Virus record (IMG/VR): IMGVR_UViG_3300043296_000111
Coordinates: 1 to 55,078 of that record
Reading direction: 5' to 3' (one strand)
Length of the DNA: 55,078 bases
Source: a virus
Taxonomy: Duplodnaviria > Caudoviricetes
The position numbers and the translations under genes are program-made. Below, in pieces: positions 1 through 10,229 of this stretch (position 1 is the first letter of the stretch; the number at the start of each line of letters is the position of its first letter). The notes below the pieces were generated by a model that worked only from the letters and a program-made list of their open reading frames with translations, did not search any database and had not been told where the DNA came from.

Positions 1-5
1 GGCCA

Positions 6-512
6 TTAGGGGGCCTCCGCTACGAGAGACTCGCGCACAACTTCATATTCTAGTTCCACCTGATCGAATATCAAATCTCCGGCTGCGAGCCCGTTGATGC
101 CTTCGGCCAGGAGCTGGAACCAGGCTCCCCTCAGGGCGTTCCTGAATCGTGTCGGGCCGGTAAGCGGGAAGGGCTTCGACAGACCCATCTCGAATCGCTC
201 CGACAGCCGGTTGGGCGTGAGGTCTGGGAGAGTGAAGATCAGCCGCTCATCTGGCTGCCCGTTCGTGCCGTCGTAGGGGATGAAGTCCACGATGGGCGTG
301 AGCCTGATGTCCACGGCCATGTCGTGGGTGATCGTGATGTAGACGTTCTTGAAGACGCACTCGCCGCTGGCCCCGGCAGGAGCGACCGCGTTGCTGAGAG
401 CCGAGGGCACGTAGGCGATGGTGTTGTCATCGAAGCCCACGTTGGCCCGCAGGACGCTGGCCTCAGTGACTCGCCCGCCGTAGAAGAGGGTCGGAACCGG
501 GGTGCCGGTCAT
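6..512 (-). CDS. Tail protein, 168 aa, allele A (may correspond to the C-terminal part of a podoviral nozzle)
   Basis: Coupled to the upstream 895-aa gene; conserved in allele B with many synonymous changes; beta-rich, ends RGAWFQLL...IFDQVELEY. Confidence 0.7.
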   Translation of the reverse strand: MTGTPVPTLFYGGRVTEASVLRANVGFDDNTIAYVPSALSNAVAPAGASGECVFKNVYITITHDMAVDIRLTPIVDFIPYDGTNGQPDERLIFTLPDLTPNRLSERFEMGLSKPFPLTGPTRFRNALRGAWFQLLAEGINGLAAGDLIFDQVELEYEVVRESLVAEAP

Positions 513-3199
513 CAGACCACCACCGTCTCGGCGTAGAACACACCGTTCTCAATAGCCCAGTCGCTGTGATAGCGGCCAGACGGAGGCAGGAAGCTGCCGA
601 AGCACCTGACGTGGTGGTTGATCGCCACACGGACAGTGTTCCCGACGCTGATGGGGACCGTCGTGAGAACCGCGAAACTGTTGGTCGCGAACGAGGGCTC
701 CGTTTCGTGCAGCGTCCAGGCTCCACCCGTGGTGACGTTCCGTAGGTAGATGTGAGTCGAGTGGCCTGCGGGTGGGGTGGATGGGCAGACCCTGGGATCG
801 GTGGGCGTGACCGCATTGGCCCAGGTGACGCTCACGGTGGCCAGGAGAAAGCTCCTCGTCACAACCAAGCTGGTGATGCCATCGGTGATGGGTGGGTCGG
901 GGCCGAGGAAGCAGGGCAACACCAGACTGAGAATTCCGGTTTTAGCGCCCTTCACGAAGCGCATCTGGTAGCTGTTAAGGTCCTCTTTCTGGGGCACTGG
1001 GACGGCCTGGTCCTCCAAGTATTCGTCAATGAAGAAGTTGGGGTAGCCAGGGCTCCCAGAGTTGATGGTCGTGCGTAGCGTGAGGGGCAGGAGGACGCTG
1101 CCCCTGGCAGGCTTGGCACCGAAGCCATCCGGGTCCGTGGTATCACCCGCCTCCGTGATGAAGTGGAAGACTTCGATGTCGAGCAGCTCGTGGCCAGGAG
1201 GCAGGACCATCGGGATGGTCAGCTTGTGGTCGTCACTGTTGAGGACTTCCCAGAGCCCATTGTTGTCTCCCACGCGGGTAGTGAGGACGATGCGACCCGC
1301 GAGCGTCTCGGTGGTGCCCTGGCTGTCGAACTGGGGGGTGTCCCACACGTCGGGATCTATGTCGTCGTAGCCCGGCGAGAAGAGACCGCCCAGCCGGTAG
1401 CGGAGACTGAACTTGTAGTCCGTGAGGGGTTGGATCGCCAACCCGGTGGACTGGTTTTCTATCGTGACGTTGATGAACTGTGGCGCGGGGAACAGTCCGT
1501 CAGCCGGGAAGAGGCCGCAGAAGGTGTAGTTCGCACCGCCATCGTTGGAGACATGGACCTCAATGTCCTCGGCTCCGATCTGGCCAATGTTGTCGAACTT
1601 GATCCCGACGTTGATGAACGACTTGCCGATTCCGTTCTTCGTGACGGGAGTGTTCCAGGAGGCGTTCACCATATTCGTCTCCAGCGGCCTGCCGTTCCCG
1701 AAGAACCCGTCAGCGAGCCTCCCGGAAGCCTCCACGGTCAGCAGCGGGCTCAATGGTGGAAGGGCGGGCCCCGCCGTCATGTCGGAGTTGATCGTCATGG
1801 AGAGCGCGTAGTCCGTGCCCGGTACGCCCGTGAGGGTGACGGCTGCGATCAGGTTGTCTGCCGAGAGTTGGTCGGTCGCTCCGATCTGCACGTTCCCATC
1901 TACGTCCGTCAGGACGGTCTGCCAGGTGTAGAGCTTGTTGTTGATCAGGACCGTCTCGTTGTTCAGCGCGTTGCCGGTGTTGAACGTGAGGACCCCACGG
2001 GCCTCCTCATCGAACACCAGATTCTCCGGGGCTCCCACTGGTGGCCCGCCGCCACCTGCCGTGGACTGGGTGGCGAAGAAGAGCCCTGCACACTGCGCCA
2101 CCTCGCCCAGCTCGTAGTAGCTCCAGCGCGGCCGGGTGGGGTCTCGGATGGAGAGCGCGTACACCCGCTGGCCCCACACGAACTGCACGACCCTGGTGGC
2201 TGGATCGTACTCCGCGAAGGCATCCTGAACCTCGGACTCAGCGACGAGAGTGGACGGGTCAGGGCCGCCGATGTCGAGCGGCACGGCGATGTCCTGAGAC
2301 GTGCCGCCCGTCGTGATCCTGGGCCCCTGGGTGGACCAGAAGAGGACGCTGCCAGCAACGCTCACCGCCAGCCTGCTGCTCACACAGCCGAAGAGTGAGT
2401 CCGCGAGCCGGACGCCGAAGGTGTCGGGGCTGTACCCGAAGATCTCGTAGGTCTCGTTCTCCTTGAAGACCATCAGACTCTGGCCTGCGGGGCGGCACAC
2501 CATCACCGTCTCACCCTGCTGGCCCACCTCGAAGAAAGCGAAGTCCTCGAAGACCGCGCTGTTCCCGGAGTTGCTGACCCTGACCACGTCTCCGCGCACC
2601 GGGTCATCGAAGCTGCCGTAGCCCCAGCCGAAGATGTACGACAGGTGGCGCACGACGCCCCTGAAGAAGATGTCTTGCTGGCCGTTGATCCCGTCGAGAT
2701 CGCCTCGGAGGTCGGCGAGGTTCGGGAACCCACCCGGATCGTAGATCTGAGTGACGAGCCTGGAGGTCGGGTTCGGCTCATCGTGAGCGATGAAGAACTT
2801 GTTGTCGGAGTCGGCCCCGACGATGATCGGTGGGTCGAACGTGGCCCCACCGTCGAGCGTCCCGAGAAGGCCCACGGGTATCGGGGAGGTCCCGTCCACC
2901 GACAGCCGGTTGAGCCAGATCTCCCGGTTCAGGCCGCCGGTCGTGTTGTACCCGATGCCCATGGCTGCCGCCTCAGAGCGGAGCGGAGCGAGCAGCACAG
3001 TCACGTCGAGATCCACGACGCTGCCGTCCACCAGGACGCTGGCCAGAGACGTCCCCTGGCGCACCTGGGCCTTGCCGTCGAAGAGGAAGACGTTCCTCAG
3101 GTCCTCGAAGCTGCTGGGCCTCACCACCATGATGCCCTTCGAGCGTTCGAGGCCCTCACCGTAAGGCAGCGTGAGGATCCTCCGGTCTCTATCCGACAT
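512..3199 (-). CDS. Nozzle/tail tubular protein B-like beta-propeller with C-terminal extension, allele A (895 aa)
   Basis: N-terminal DLRNVFL motif and propeller-like segments (LMVFKENETYEIFG, GCVSSRLAVSVAGSVLFWSTQG); lies between adaptors and ejection proteins. Confidence 0.7.
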   Translation of the reverse strand: MSDRDRRILTLPYGEGLERSKGIMVVRPSSFEDLRNVFLFDGKAQVRQGTSLASVLVDGSVVDLDVTVLLAPLRSEAAAMGIGYNTTGGLNREIWLNRLSVDGTSPIPVGLLGTLDGGATFDPPIIVGADSDNKFFIAHDEPNPTSRLVTQIYDPGGFPNLADLRGDLDGINGQQDIFFRGVVRHLSYIFGWGYGSFDDPVRGDVVRVSNSGNSAVFEDFAFFEVGQQGETVMVCRPAGQSLMVFKENETYEIFGYSPDTFGVRLADSLFGCVSSRLAVSVAGSVLFWSTQGPRITTGGTSQDIAVPLDIGGPDPSTLVAESEVQDAFAEYDPATRVVQFVWGQRVYALSIRDPTRPRWSYYELGEVAQCAGLFFATQSTAGGGGPPVGAPENLVFDEEARGVLTFNTGNALNNETVLINNKLYTWQTVLTDVDGNVQIGATDQLSADNLIAAVTLTGVPGTDYALSMTINSDMTAGPALPPLSPLLTVEASGRLADGFFGNGRPLETNMVNASWNTPVTKNGIGKSFINVGIKFDNIGQIGAEDIEVHVSNDGGANYTFCGLFPADGLFPAPQFINVTIENQSTGLAIQPLTDYKFSLRYRLGGLFSPGYDDIDPDVWDTPQFDSQGTTETLAGRIVLTTRVGDNNGLWEVLNSDDHKLTIPMVLPPGHELLDIEVFHFITEAGDTTDPDGFGAKPARGSVLLPLTLRTTINSGSPGYPNFFIDEYLEDQAVPVPQKEDLNSYQMRFVKGAKTGILSLVLPCFLGPDPPITDGITSLVVTRSFLLATVSVTWANAVTPTDPRVCPSTPPAGHSTHIYLRNVTTGGAWTLHETEPSFATNSFAVLTTVPISVGNTVRVAINHHVRCFGSFLPPSGRYHSDWAIENGVFYAETVVV

Positions 3200-5763
3200 C
3201 AGGGAGCCCAGCCAGTGGGGGGCGGTGGCGGTGCCGTGAAGAACGCACCCGTGAGGAAGGCTTCCATCTCCAGGATCTGGGTGTCAGACACTTCGATGTT
3301 GTGGCCAGAGTACCAGGCGAGCTTCATCGGAGAGCCCTGGAAGAAGCGGTAGTTGCCTATAAACATCGTAGGATAGGTGATGAGGGTTCCGGTGCCAATC
3401 GAACTAGCGACCTCCACACCGTTCACCCGGATGATCCGACCCCCATCTCCGGCCCTGCAAGTGATCTGCAGCCTGTCCCCTTCAGCCACGACGCCGGGAG
3501 CGGACCTGGTGTTGTCAACGCCGCCGCTGTCGTTGTAGTCGAACGCCACCCTGCCGTCGTCAAGGATGGCGACCAGGACGTTCCTGCGGATCCGATTATC
3601 GTTCCCCCCGATGAGGACGATGTGGCCTTGCGTGAGGTCGGTCGCTTCGACTACGAAGAAGAGCGTCACGCGCCGACCCTGGGGGTCGCCCTGTGGCCCG
3701 GCGTTGTAGCCGAGCCCAAGGCCACCGTCGTTGATGTTCATGTGAGTCGAGAGGGTGGAGAAGTCCACCACACCCAGCGCCCGGCCGTTCGGATCCCAGC
3801 CCTTCTCCTCCCAGGTGGGCCTCGGTGTCCCGGTGCCGCTTATCGTTACCGCCCCCGGCACGGTGCTGCCCGAGCCGTCAGGCCAGGTCCCGAAGAAGCC
3901 CGACCCTATTGGATTCTCGACAAGCGGGAGGGGTTCGGGCCCCCTGGAGTCTACTTGGATCCGCTGCTCCGCGATCACCGGCTGCAGGGGAGGATCGACA
4001 ACGGCGGTCCAGGGCGTGTCGCCAGCAACGATGATGGGAGGTGGCTCGAACGTCCACTCCGTGCCGATGGAGATCTGGAAGGTGAACGCCAGGAACTTCT
4101 CGTACTCTGCGATCTGCTGCGTGGTGAGGAGTCCCCCGAACGCCGCGAAGTAGACGATCAGCCGGTCTAGGCCACCGACCACACCGACGCCCGGCCCAGC
4201 CTGCTGTGGCTGAGACTCGCCCAGGGAGGGTCTGTTCATTTCCTCCAAGAGGCGGGTCGCGCTTGTGTTCCTAGCTATCTCTTTGCCGTTGAGCCGCATG
4301 GTCGCCCCTGTCCGTGGCCCGGTGAGTGCGGAGTGCGTCACTGTGATGATGACGCTGTCGCCAGCCTTCACGAGCCCCGGTGCGCTCTCCAGGGAGTAGG
4401 AGCTTCCAGGCTGTACCGAACTGCCGAACGACTCCTCATCCATGTGGTGCATGGCCACCGAGCCATCGGATTGGACCCACACGCTCGTCTTGAACGGGTT
4501 CCCAATCACCGGGATGATCCCCGACGTGCCACCGAAGAGGCAGGCGTGTTCCGAGATGTCCGTGCAGCGCATGACGCCGATGTAGCTGTACTCGTTCCCC
4601 GGCCAGTGGGTGTTCTGGGGGTCATTCCCGCCACCGTTCCAGGCGACACTGGTCTGCTGGAGGACGGGAGCGCCGGGGGGCTCGCCCACGAACCTGACGG
4701 CGTCGATCTGGCGCTTGAGGTTCCACCCGTTCTTCACGAAGAGGACGTTGCCCGCGCCGAAGCCAGGCAGGATACCAGCGTCGGTGCGGCCCTGGGGGTC
4801 GGTTATCTCCAAGTCCTGCCAGCCCACCCCGCCCTCGTCCCCACGGATGTTCTCCTCGTTCGCGTATTCCATGCCGTCGCTGCGAATCTTACGGACATCG
4901 AACTCCACGATGGGCCGGAAGAGGTCGGTCGGCTTGGGAGCCGGGCCCTCGACGGTTCCGGGGAGCAGAGGCAGCGGTTCGGGGATCCAGATCGTTGTAC
5001 CGGGCGGGAGGATGTCAGAGGGCACCGGAGGGGGCTCAGTCAGCGGATCGGCGGTGAACGCGATGTACGCGACCCGCTGTTCCTCGGTGGCCGCAGCCAA
5101 GCCCACACCCCAGCCCATGGCACCGAGGATGCGCCTGGCAGCGGCGAGACTGTTCACCGTAGCGTCAACGCTCACGGGCTCGTCATCTAAGTCCCCGAAC
5201 CACGACGTTATCTGCCAGTCGTCCAGTGAGGGTGAGGTGAGGTTCGCCGTCCTCCGAACCCGGATCCAGGCCCACTCCGGGACCTGCACGGCCTCCTGCA
5301 TGAGTCCGCTCAGTGGGACGCCCGTAGAGCCGTTGATGTAGGAGAGCGTCTGGCTTCTGTACGGCCCGCTGTCCTGATGCTGAAGCGCCCCGCCGATGAA
5401 GTTCATGTCAGAGGCAGGGAAGCCGACGAGGCCCGCGAGGTTCCACACTGGCCCGTTGCTCGACCAGTTGAAGATCGTGCCCACGTTATACATCCGGCAG
5501 AGCATCTCACCGAAGATGATCTGGTTGTCGAAGCTGTCGAGCCCGAACCCGTAACCTTGTTGGCCGCCAGCGTGGCCGGTCATCTCGAAGTAGTTGCCTT
5601 CGACGGGGTCGTTCGCGATGGCGACTGCGGTAGGAGAACTCGTGCCGATCCCGAACTCCGTGATGCCCGAGGGGAGGCCAGCGGCGACCTCGAACTCGCT
5701 GAAGTCAGAGGCTCCTACGAGGATCCCGTTGACGGTCGTGGGGACACCTGACGGGACGCCCAT
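3199..5763 (-). CDS. Tail fibre/receptor-binding-like protein with concanavalin/LamG-like domains (854 aa)
   Basis: Beta-rich modules with MRLNGKE / IRVNGVEV motifs, each ending LTTQQIAEYEKFL / VSDTQILEMEAFL; Pro-rich linkers. Confidence 0.6.
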   Translation of the reverse strand: MGVPSGVPTTVNGILVGASDFSEFEVAAGLPSGITEFGIGTSSPTAVAIANDPVEGNYFEMTGHAGGQQGYGFGLDSFDNQIIFGEMLCRMYNVGTIFNWSSNGPVWNLAGLVGFPASDMNFIGGALQHQDSGPYRSQTLSYINGSTGVPLSGLMQEAVQVPEWAWIRVRRTANLTSPSLDDWQITSWFGDLDDEPVSVDATVNSLAAARRILGAMGWGVGLAAATEEQRVAYIAFTADPLTEPPPVPSDILPPGTTIWIPEPLPLLPGTVEGPAPKPTDLFRPIVEFDVRKIRSDGMEYANEENIRGDEGGVGWQDLEITDPQGRTDAGILPGFGAGNVLFVKNGWNLKRQIDAVRFVGEPPGAPVLQQTSVAWNGGGNDPQNTHWPGNEYSYIGVMRCTDISEHACLFGGTSGIIPVIGNPFKTSVWVQSDGSVAMHHMDEESFGSSVQPGSSYSLESAPGLVKAGDSVIITVTHSALTGPRTGATMRLNGKEIARNTSATRLLEEMNRPSLGESQPQQAGPGVGVVGGLDRLIVYFAAFGGLLTTQQIAEYEKFLAFTFQISIGTEWTFEPPPIIVAGDTPWTAVVDPPLQPVIAEQRIQVDSRGPEPLPLVENPIGSGFFGTWPDGSGSTVPGAVTISGTGTPRPTWEEKGWDPNGRALGVVDFSTLSTHMNINDGGLGLGYNAGPQGDPQGRRVTLFFVVEATDLTQGHIVLIGGNDNRIRRNVLVAILDDGRVAFDYNDSGGVDNTRSAPGVVAEGDRLQITCRAGDGGRIIRVNGVEVASSIGTGTLITYPTMFIGNYRFFQGSPMKLAWYSGHNIEVSDTQILEMEAFLTGAFFTAPPPPPTGWAP

Positions 5764-5765
5764 CT

Positions 5766-6461
5766 CTACAACCTCTGAGCGCCGCGCACATCTCCGAAGC
5801 GGGAGACCTGGACACCAGCGTAATCGGCCACCTCGGCCAGGAACGCCTCCAGCATCTGCCCTGCATCCACGGCCAGGTTTTCGAGCGCGGCCACCTTCTT
5901 GGAAGCGTCCATCTCCAGGGTCTGGGAGATCAGCCAGCGCGTCAGGTCGTACACCAGAAGCTCCTGGTACGCGAGCGGCAGCTCCACTTCCTCGAACCCC
6001 GTGAGGGGCACGGCCTTGGTCTCCGGGAAGTACCCGTAGTGGATGACGATGGTGGCCACCCCAGCCAGGTCCTGGCCGACCCCCTGGAGGATGAAGTTCC
6101 TCAGGGTCATGCGGGGAGCGAGTTCAACCTCGGGGTCGCTGATGGAGACGATGTTCACCTGGTCTCCGTTCTGCAGGGTCGGATGCGTCCCCGGATCTCC
6201 GATCTCCACCCGCGTCACGTTGGCGGCCGGATCCACGTCAGCCGCTACGTCCAGGTCCTTGAGGTTGGCACGGAACTCAGTGTCTATCGGCCCCTCCGAG
6301 TTCACCCCGAAGTAGTCGGGGTTGAGCCGACACGCCGCGCTGAACAGCTCCTGCTGCCGGATCTCAACCCGCCGAAAGAGGACACGCTCAGTCGAGGGGT
6401 ACGTGACGCTGAAGTCGAGCCCTCGGGACTTCGCGTTGTCCACGATCTCCTGGAAGGTCAT
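5766..6461 (-). CDS. Head-tail adaptor/tail tubular protein A-like (231 aa)
   Basis: N-terminal helix MTFQEIVDNAK and C-terminal ELPLAYQELLVY pattern typical of podoviral adaptors. Confidence 0.6.
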   Translation of the reverse strand: MTFQEIVDNAKSRGLDFSVTYPSTERVLFRRVEIRQQELFSAACRLNPDYFGVNSEGPIDTEFRANLKDLDVAADVDPAANVTRVEIGDPGTHPTLQNGDQVNIVSISDPEVELAPRMTLRNFILQGVGQDLAGVATIVIHYGYFPETKAVPLTGFEEVELPLAYQELLVYDLTRWLISQTLEMDASKKVAALENLAVDAGQMLEAFLAEVADYAGVQVSRFGDVRGAQRL

Positions 6462-7144
6462 CAGGCTCCCCCGGTGAGCATCGGCAGCAGCGTCTCGACG
6501 TCAACGTGCTTCATGTGGCCGAACCGCCTCTGCAGGTTGGCGGTCGAGTGCTGCAGGTAGCTCGCGAAGACCTGGGCCCACTGGTTCCGCTCTGACTTCA
6601 GCAGCTCCAGCTCGCTCTCACGGCCGTCCTTCAGTGAGAGGTAGATCGCCAACTCGTAGATCATCAGATCGGTGTAGGCGTCATCCCAGTCGGGATCCAG
6701 GACGCCAGTCAGGTCGTCTGGGTTCGGATCGTCGGGCCTCTTCGAGAACCAGAACGTCAAGATGTCGGTGTCCCCCGGAGGGTTCGACTGAGCAGCGTCG
6801 GCCGTGAACAGCCCACCGAACTCGTAGAGCGAGATCTTGGGCTCCGCTGCCAGGCGGTCATCGTAGGGGACCACGACCACCTCCGCGAAAGCAGCGTCCT
6901 CAATCCTGAAGATCGCGTTGGCCGCCTCCGGCCGCTCCCACTGCCCGGCCACGCCGGTCACGGGCAGGCTGGCCGAGAAGTGGATCGGGTTGATCCGGGC
7001 CGCGAAGGCGTAGACCCCCGCCAGCTTCCGCTTGACGACCGCCAGCAGCTCGACCGCCTCGTTGGCGATGGTTTCGGGCTGGTTCTTCGTGCTCGTCCCG
7101 TAGGCTCCGTCCAGGATGTCCTGGACCGTGGTGATCGCCGCCAT
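6461..7144 (-). CDS. Head-tail adaptor/tail tubular protein A-like (227 aa)
   Basis: TTVQDILDGAY ... DWDDAYTDLMIYELAIYLSLKD; same architecture as its neighbours. Confidence 0.6.
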   Translation of the reverse strand: MAAITTVQDILDGAYGTSTKNQPETIANEAVELLAVVKRKLAGVYAFAARINPIHFSASLPVTGVAGQWERPEAANAIFRIEDAAFAEVVVVPYDDRLAAEPKISLYEFGGLFTADAAQSNPPGDTDILTFWFSKRPDDPNPDDLTGVLDPDWDDAYTDLMIYELAIYLSLKDGRESELELLKSERNQWAQVFASYLQHSTANLQRRFGHMKHVDVETLLPMLTGGA

Positions 7145-8331
7145 CAGCCAGGCCAGACGTCGAGAGTACCAGAGGCCTGGGCCGCCTTCTGCTGTGCCAC
7201 CGTGGCCAGGAAGTCCTTCTCCATCTTGTCCGCGTCGAGCAGCACGTTGCCTCCCAGCTCCTGCCTGATGGCCATCTTGTTCACGAGGGCCCCGATGTAG
7301 GTGTCCTCGCCCCAGTCGGGCAGGACCAGGACGTCTGAGAGCCTCTCCAGGCGTCTCGGCACGAGCACCAGCTCCAGGATGATCTGGTCGAAGTTCCTGT
7401 AGTTCGAGGCCCGCCGTCCGAGGAAGAGGTTGTTGCCCTTCAGGTAGGCGAACTTGTGGTTCATGTCCAGCTCGCCCCGGAGCGTAGCGTCCACCAGGTC
7501 CATGGGCTCCTTCAGATCGACGTTCACGTTATTCCGCAGCAGGACGCCTGGCAGGACGTAGGTGTTGGCCGGGAGCTTCACGCCAGCGTTGAAGTCGTCC
7601 AGCGGCAGCGCGATGATGAGCTGAGAAGCGCAGAGCGGGGCGTTCACCCGTGCGATCTTCGAGGTGATGTTGCGCTGGTAGCTGGAGAGGAGCCGGAGCA
7701 GCGTCCCGTTGGGGTGCTGCCGGGGGTTGAAGGCGGGGTGGGCATCCCGCGCCTCGTTGATCACCGTCGCAGCCGTGAGGCTACCGAGGTTGCAGACGTT
7801 CGTGATCACGGCTGGGATGCAGGACAGCACCTCGACCCATGAGACCTGACCCTGCTGGGTCACGTCGGCCGGGTCCGGTGTCATCTCCACGTAGACCCCG
7901 AAGGCGGCAGCGTCTCCGGCGAAGTCGCCGTAGTCGAAGATGACCTCGAACTCCATGAACTCAAGCTGGGTTTCGGTGCTGAAGCCGAAGATCTCGGAGC
8001 CCGACAGCGACTGCTCGAACAGCAGCGTCGGGTCGTCCACCCCGAGGTCGGCCACGTCGGCCAGCCCGATCCGCACTGCGATGGGGGCCACCGTGAGGAT
8101 CTCGCTCCAGCGCAGCCTGACGCGGACCTCTATCCTGCCCTGGGATCCGTAGGGGATCTCCAGATCAGGGAGGCCCAGCGCGACCTGGGGGTCCTCGCTG
8201 TTGAGGACCGGGGCCGTGATGAAGACCGAGTCATCGGGCTCCACGTCGTTCACCTTCGAGAACAGCGGAGCTACCTGCCACTCAGCCGCCGGGAAGCTGG
8301 CGATGTCAGAGGTGGGTCTCACCAACCCCAT
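7144..8331 (-). CDS. Adaptor-like protein with an extra N-terminal beta domain (395 aa)
   Basis: C-terminal half TAATVINEARD ... LPDWGEDTYIGAL resembles the two downstream adaptors. Confidence 0.55.
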   Translation of the reverse strand: MGLVRPTSDIASFPAAEWQVAPLFSKVNDVEPDDSVFITAPVLNSEDPQVALGLPDLEIPYGSQGRIEVRVRLRWSEILTVAPIAVRIGLADVADLGVDDPTLLFEQSLSGSEIFGFSTETQLEFMEFEVIFDYGDFAGDAAAFGVYVEMTPDPADVTQQGQVSWVEVLSCIPAVITNVCNLGSLTAATVINEARDAHPAFNPRQHPNGTLLRLLSSYQRNITSKIARVNAPLCASQLIIALPLDDFNAGVKLPANTYVLPGVLLRNNVNVDLKEPMDLVDATLRGELDMNHKFAYLKGNNLFLGRRASNYRNFDQIILELVLVPRRLERLSDVLVLPDWGEDTYIGALVNKMAIRQELGGNVLLDADKMEKDFLATVAQQKAAQASGTLDVWPG

Positions 8332-8343
8332 GATCTACTCCGG

Positions 8344-8772
8344 TTACAGTGCGGCTTCGATCTCGGCCTTGCGGTCGTCTCGGTCCTCGTGCTCCATCTC
8401 GAACTTCAGGAAGAGCCTGAGAGCGCCCTTCCTCGCGCCTGCCGGGCGCAGCATCTCCTGGGTGTAGAGACCTTCGTAGAACGCCGCGTTGCCCTCCAGC
8501 GCAGCCTCCAGCTCCTCCAGGCTCGCTGTCACGGGAGCCTCTATGATCTCGGCCTTGGATGCAGCCTCCTGGGACGCCTTCTTCTTCGCCTTCTTCACGG
8601 ACGGATCCGAGCGGCTGTCCTTCGCGCCGTCGTCCTTCCGGGCCAGCAGCCTCCGCTTGGCCAGCACATCCCCGATCACGCGAGACCCGAAGTGGGAGGA
8701 CTTGGTGGCGACCGCCTCGGCTTCCTCGGCCGCCTTCTGGTGGCCTATGACTCTGTTTCCGAAATGGCTCAT
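8344..8772 (-). CDS. Hypothetical protein (142 aa) with duplicated SHFG[N/S]RVIG motif
   Basis: Coupled ORF in the virion operon; motif repeat visible in the translation. Confidence 0.75.
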   Translation of the reverse strand: MSHFGNRVIGHQKAAEEAEAVATKSSHFGSRVIGDVLAKRRLLARKDDGAKDSRSDPSVKKAKKKASQEAASKAEIIEAPVTASLEELEAALEGNAAFYEGLYTQEMLRPAGARKGALRLFLKFEMEHEDRDDRKAEIEAAL

Positions 8773-9311
8773 GTCAGGTTTGCTCCCACTGTGACAGGTC
8801 GCGGATTCTGGCGTACCAGGCGACTGAACAGATACCGCTCGTCTCCAGCCAGCCGGTGAACAGTAGCCGCCCGAGCCCGGAGACGCACATCGTCATCCAC
8901 GACACCCGAGTCAGCGATCTGCATCCTGATCTTCTCGTTCTCCGCTCCCCAGTTCCGGTAGACGAAGTCAGCGAAGGTGAAGTCCTTCAGGATGGCATCG
9001 AAGTCGGCCCCCTCGTCTCCGAAGCGGTACTTGCCGCAGAGGGCGAACCCCTGCTCTTGGAGACGCCAGCGACGGACGATGGCCTTGGCATACTTCCGCT
9101 CTTCGATCACGCCCGTCTTCGAGTCCCTCATCCTCTCCAGGGTGTCCCTGGCGATCTCTCGGGCCGGGGCTTCTGGCTTGACGATGCCCACCCACCACCA
9201 GCCGTGATCCACGTACAGGAGTTCGGCCATCGGATGGACTTCCCGGAGGAGAAGGAGCACCGAGTCGGGCGTCTCCTTCTCCACCGGAATGTCGATGAAG
9301 CGTTCAACCAT
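8769..9311 (-). CDS. Hypothetical protein (180 aa)
   Basis: Tightly packed ORF with codon usage like its neighbours. Confidence 0.75.
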   Translation of the reverse strand: MVERFIDIPVEKETPDSVLLLLREVHPMAELLYVDHGWWWVGIVKPEAPAREIARDTLERMRDSKTGVIEERKYAKAIVRRWRLQEQGFALCGKYRFGDEGADFDAILKDFTFADFVYRNWGAENEKIRMQIADSGVVDDDVRLRARAATVHRLAGDERYLFSRLVRQNPRPVTVGANLT

Positions 9312-9312
9312 C

Positions 9313-10194
9313 CTACGGAACGAACTGCGGGCTGGTCTGGCTCACGGAAGTGTCGCCGCGACCCTCGGTCCCTGCCGGTGACGGCCTGATGTCACAGACC
9401 CCGATCCCGTTGGTGAGAACTGCCGCGCCATCGCTCCGGGCGCTGACCACCAGTAGGTCGCCGCCTGGCCCACCCGCGCCGTCCAGGATGCGCGTACCGG
9501 AGGCATCCTTGGTCTTCTGGCCCAGCGTAGCGTTCACCCACTGCGGATCGGCTGCTATCGCCAACGTGGCGACGTGGCCGTCTTGGGGGGCGGTGTTGAA
9601 GTCAGCCACCAGGGCCGCATCCAGGTTGGTCGTTCCGCCGATGAAGTCCCCGCCCACTGCATGGAGCGTGGCGATGGCGATACGTCCTTCGTTGCCGGTG
9701 GAGGTCGCGCTGGGCCTGACCGCTGGGGCGTTCGCCAGGGCAAGCTCTTCTGTCGCATACGCCTGGATCGCGCCGTTCACGAGAACGTGGAGGGATTCGC
9801 CGTTGTCGATGATCACGGTGAACACACCCCAGAAGCCATCCAGGACCGTGAAGGGCACCCCTGAGAACCCCTGAGACTGGGAGCCTTGGTTGTTCAGGAT
9901 CCCCTCGTCGTTGAACCAGAACTCTTCGACGGTGAACGTGATCGCCGTTTGCTGGCCGAGCTGTGGGCTCCCAACCACCGCTCCAGGCGGGACCACCTGG
10001 GCCTTTAGAATGAGAGCCGCAGTCGCCACCACGTCGGCATACGCCTGCAGATCGGAGATCCGGTAGTTGTACCGGGGCTGGGTCGCGTAGATCGGTTCGT
10101 CCTGATCGACGCCTGCAGCGGGGACACGAAGGGGGATGCTCAGAGCCCTGCGGAGGGCGATGGCGTCACGATGGATATTGCGATCCTGCAGCAT
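9313..10194 (-). CDS. Putative capsid decoration/minor virion protein (293 aa)
   Basis: Directly follows the capsid gene; Ala/Gly/Thr-rich; ATG preceded by GGAGA. Confidence 0.55.
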   Translation of the reverse strand: MLQDRNIHRDAIALRRALSIPLRVPAAGVDQDEPIYATQPRYNYRISDLQAYADVVATAALILKAQVVPPGAVVGSPQLGQQTAITFTVEEFWFNDEGILNNQGSQSQGFSGVPFTVLDGFWGVFTVIIDNGESLHVLVNGAIQAYATEELALANAPAVRPSATSTGNEGRIAIATLHAVGGDFIGGTTNLDAALVADFNTAPQDGHVATLAIAADPQWVNATLGQKTKDASGTRILDGAGGPGGDLLVVSARSDGAAVLTNGIGVCDIRPSPAGTEGRGDTSVSQTSPQFVP

Positions 10195-10229
10195 GATGAT
10201 TCTCCGTTTTTTCAAAGCCAATGATGTGG

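Larger units (their letters stand above)
1..4224. repeat. Tail-module allele A (diverged copy of 50807-55078)
   Basis: Colinear with 50807-55078 from ggccatta onward; the 168-aa proteins differ at 19 of 168 residues by manual count; 4098-4224 is identical to 54952-55078. Confidence 0.95.

Noticed and set aside
1-4224. Direct terminal repeat or DGR template/variable pair
   Set aside because: Copies differ at many synonymous sites and by indels, not only at adenines; no reverse transcriptase seen.
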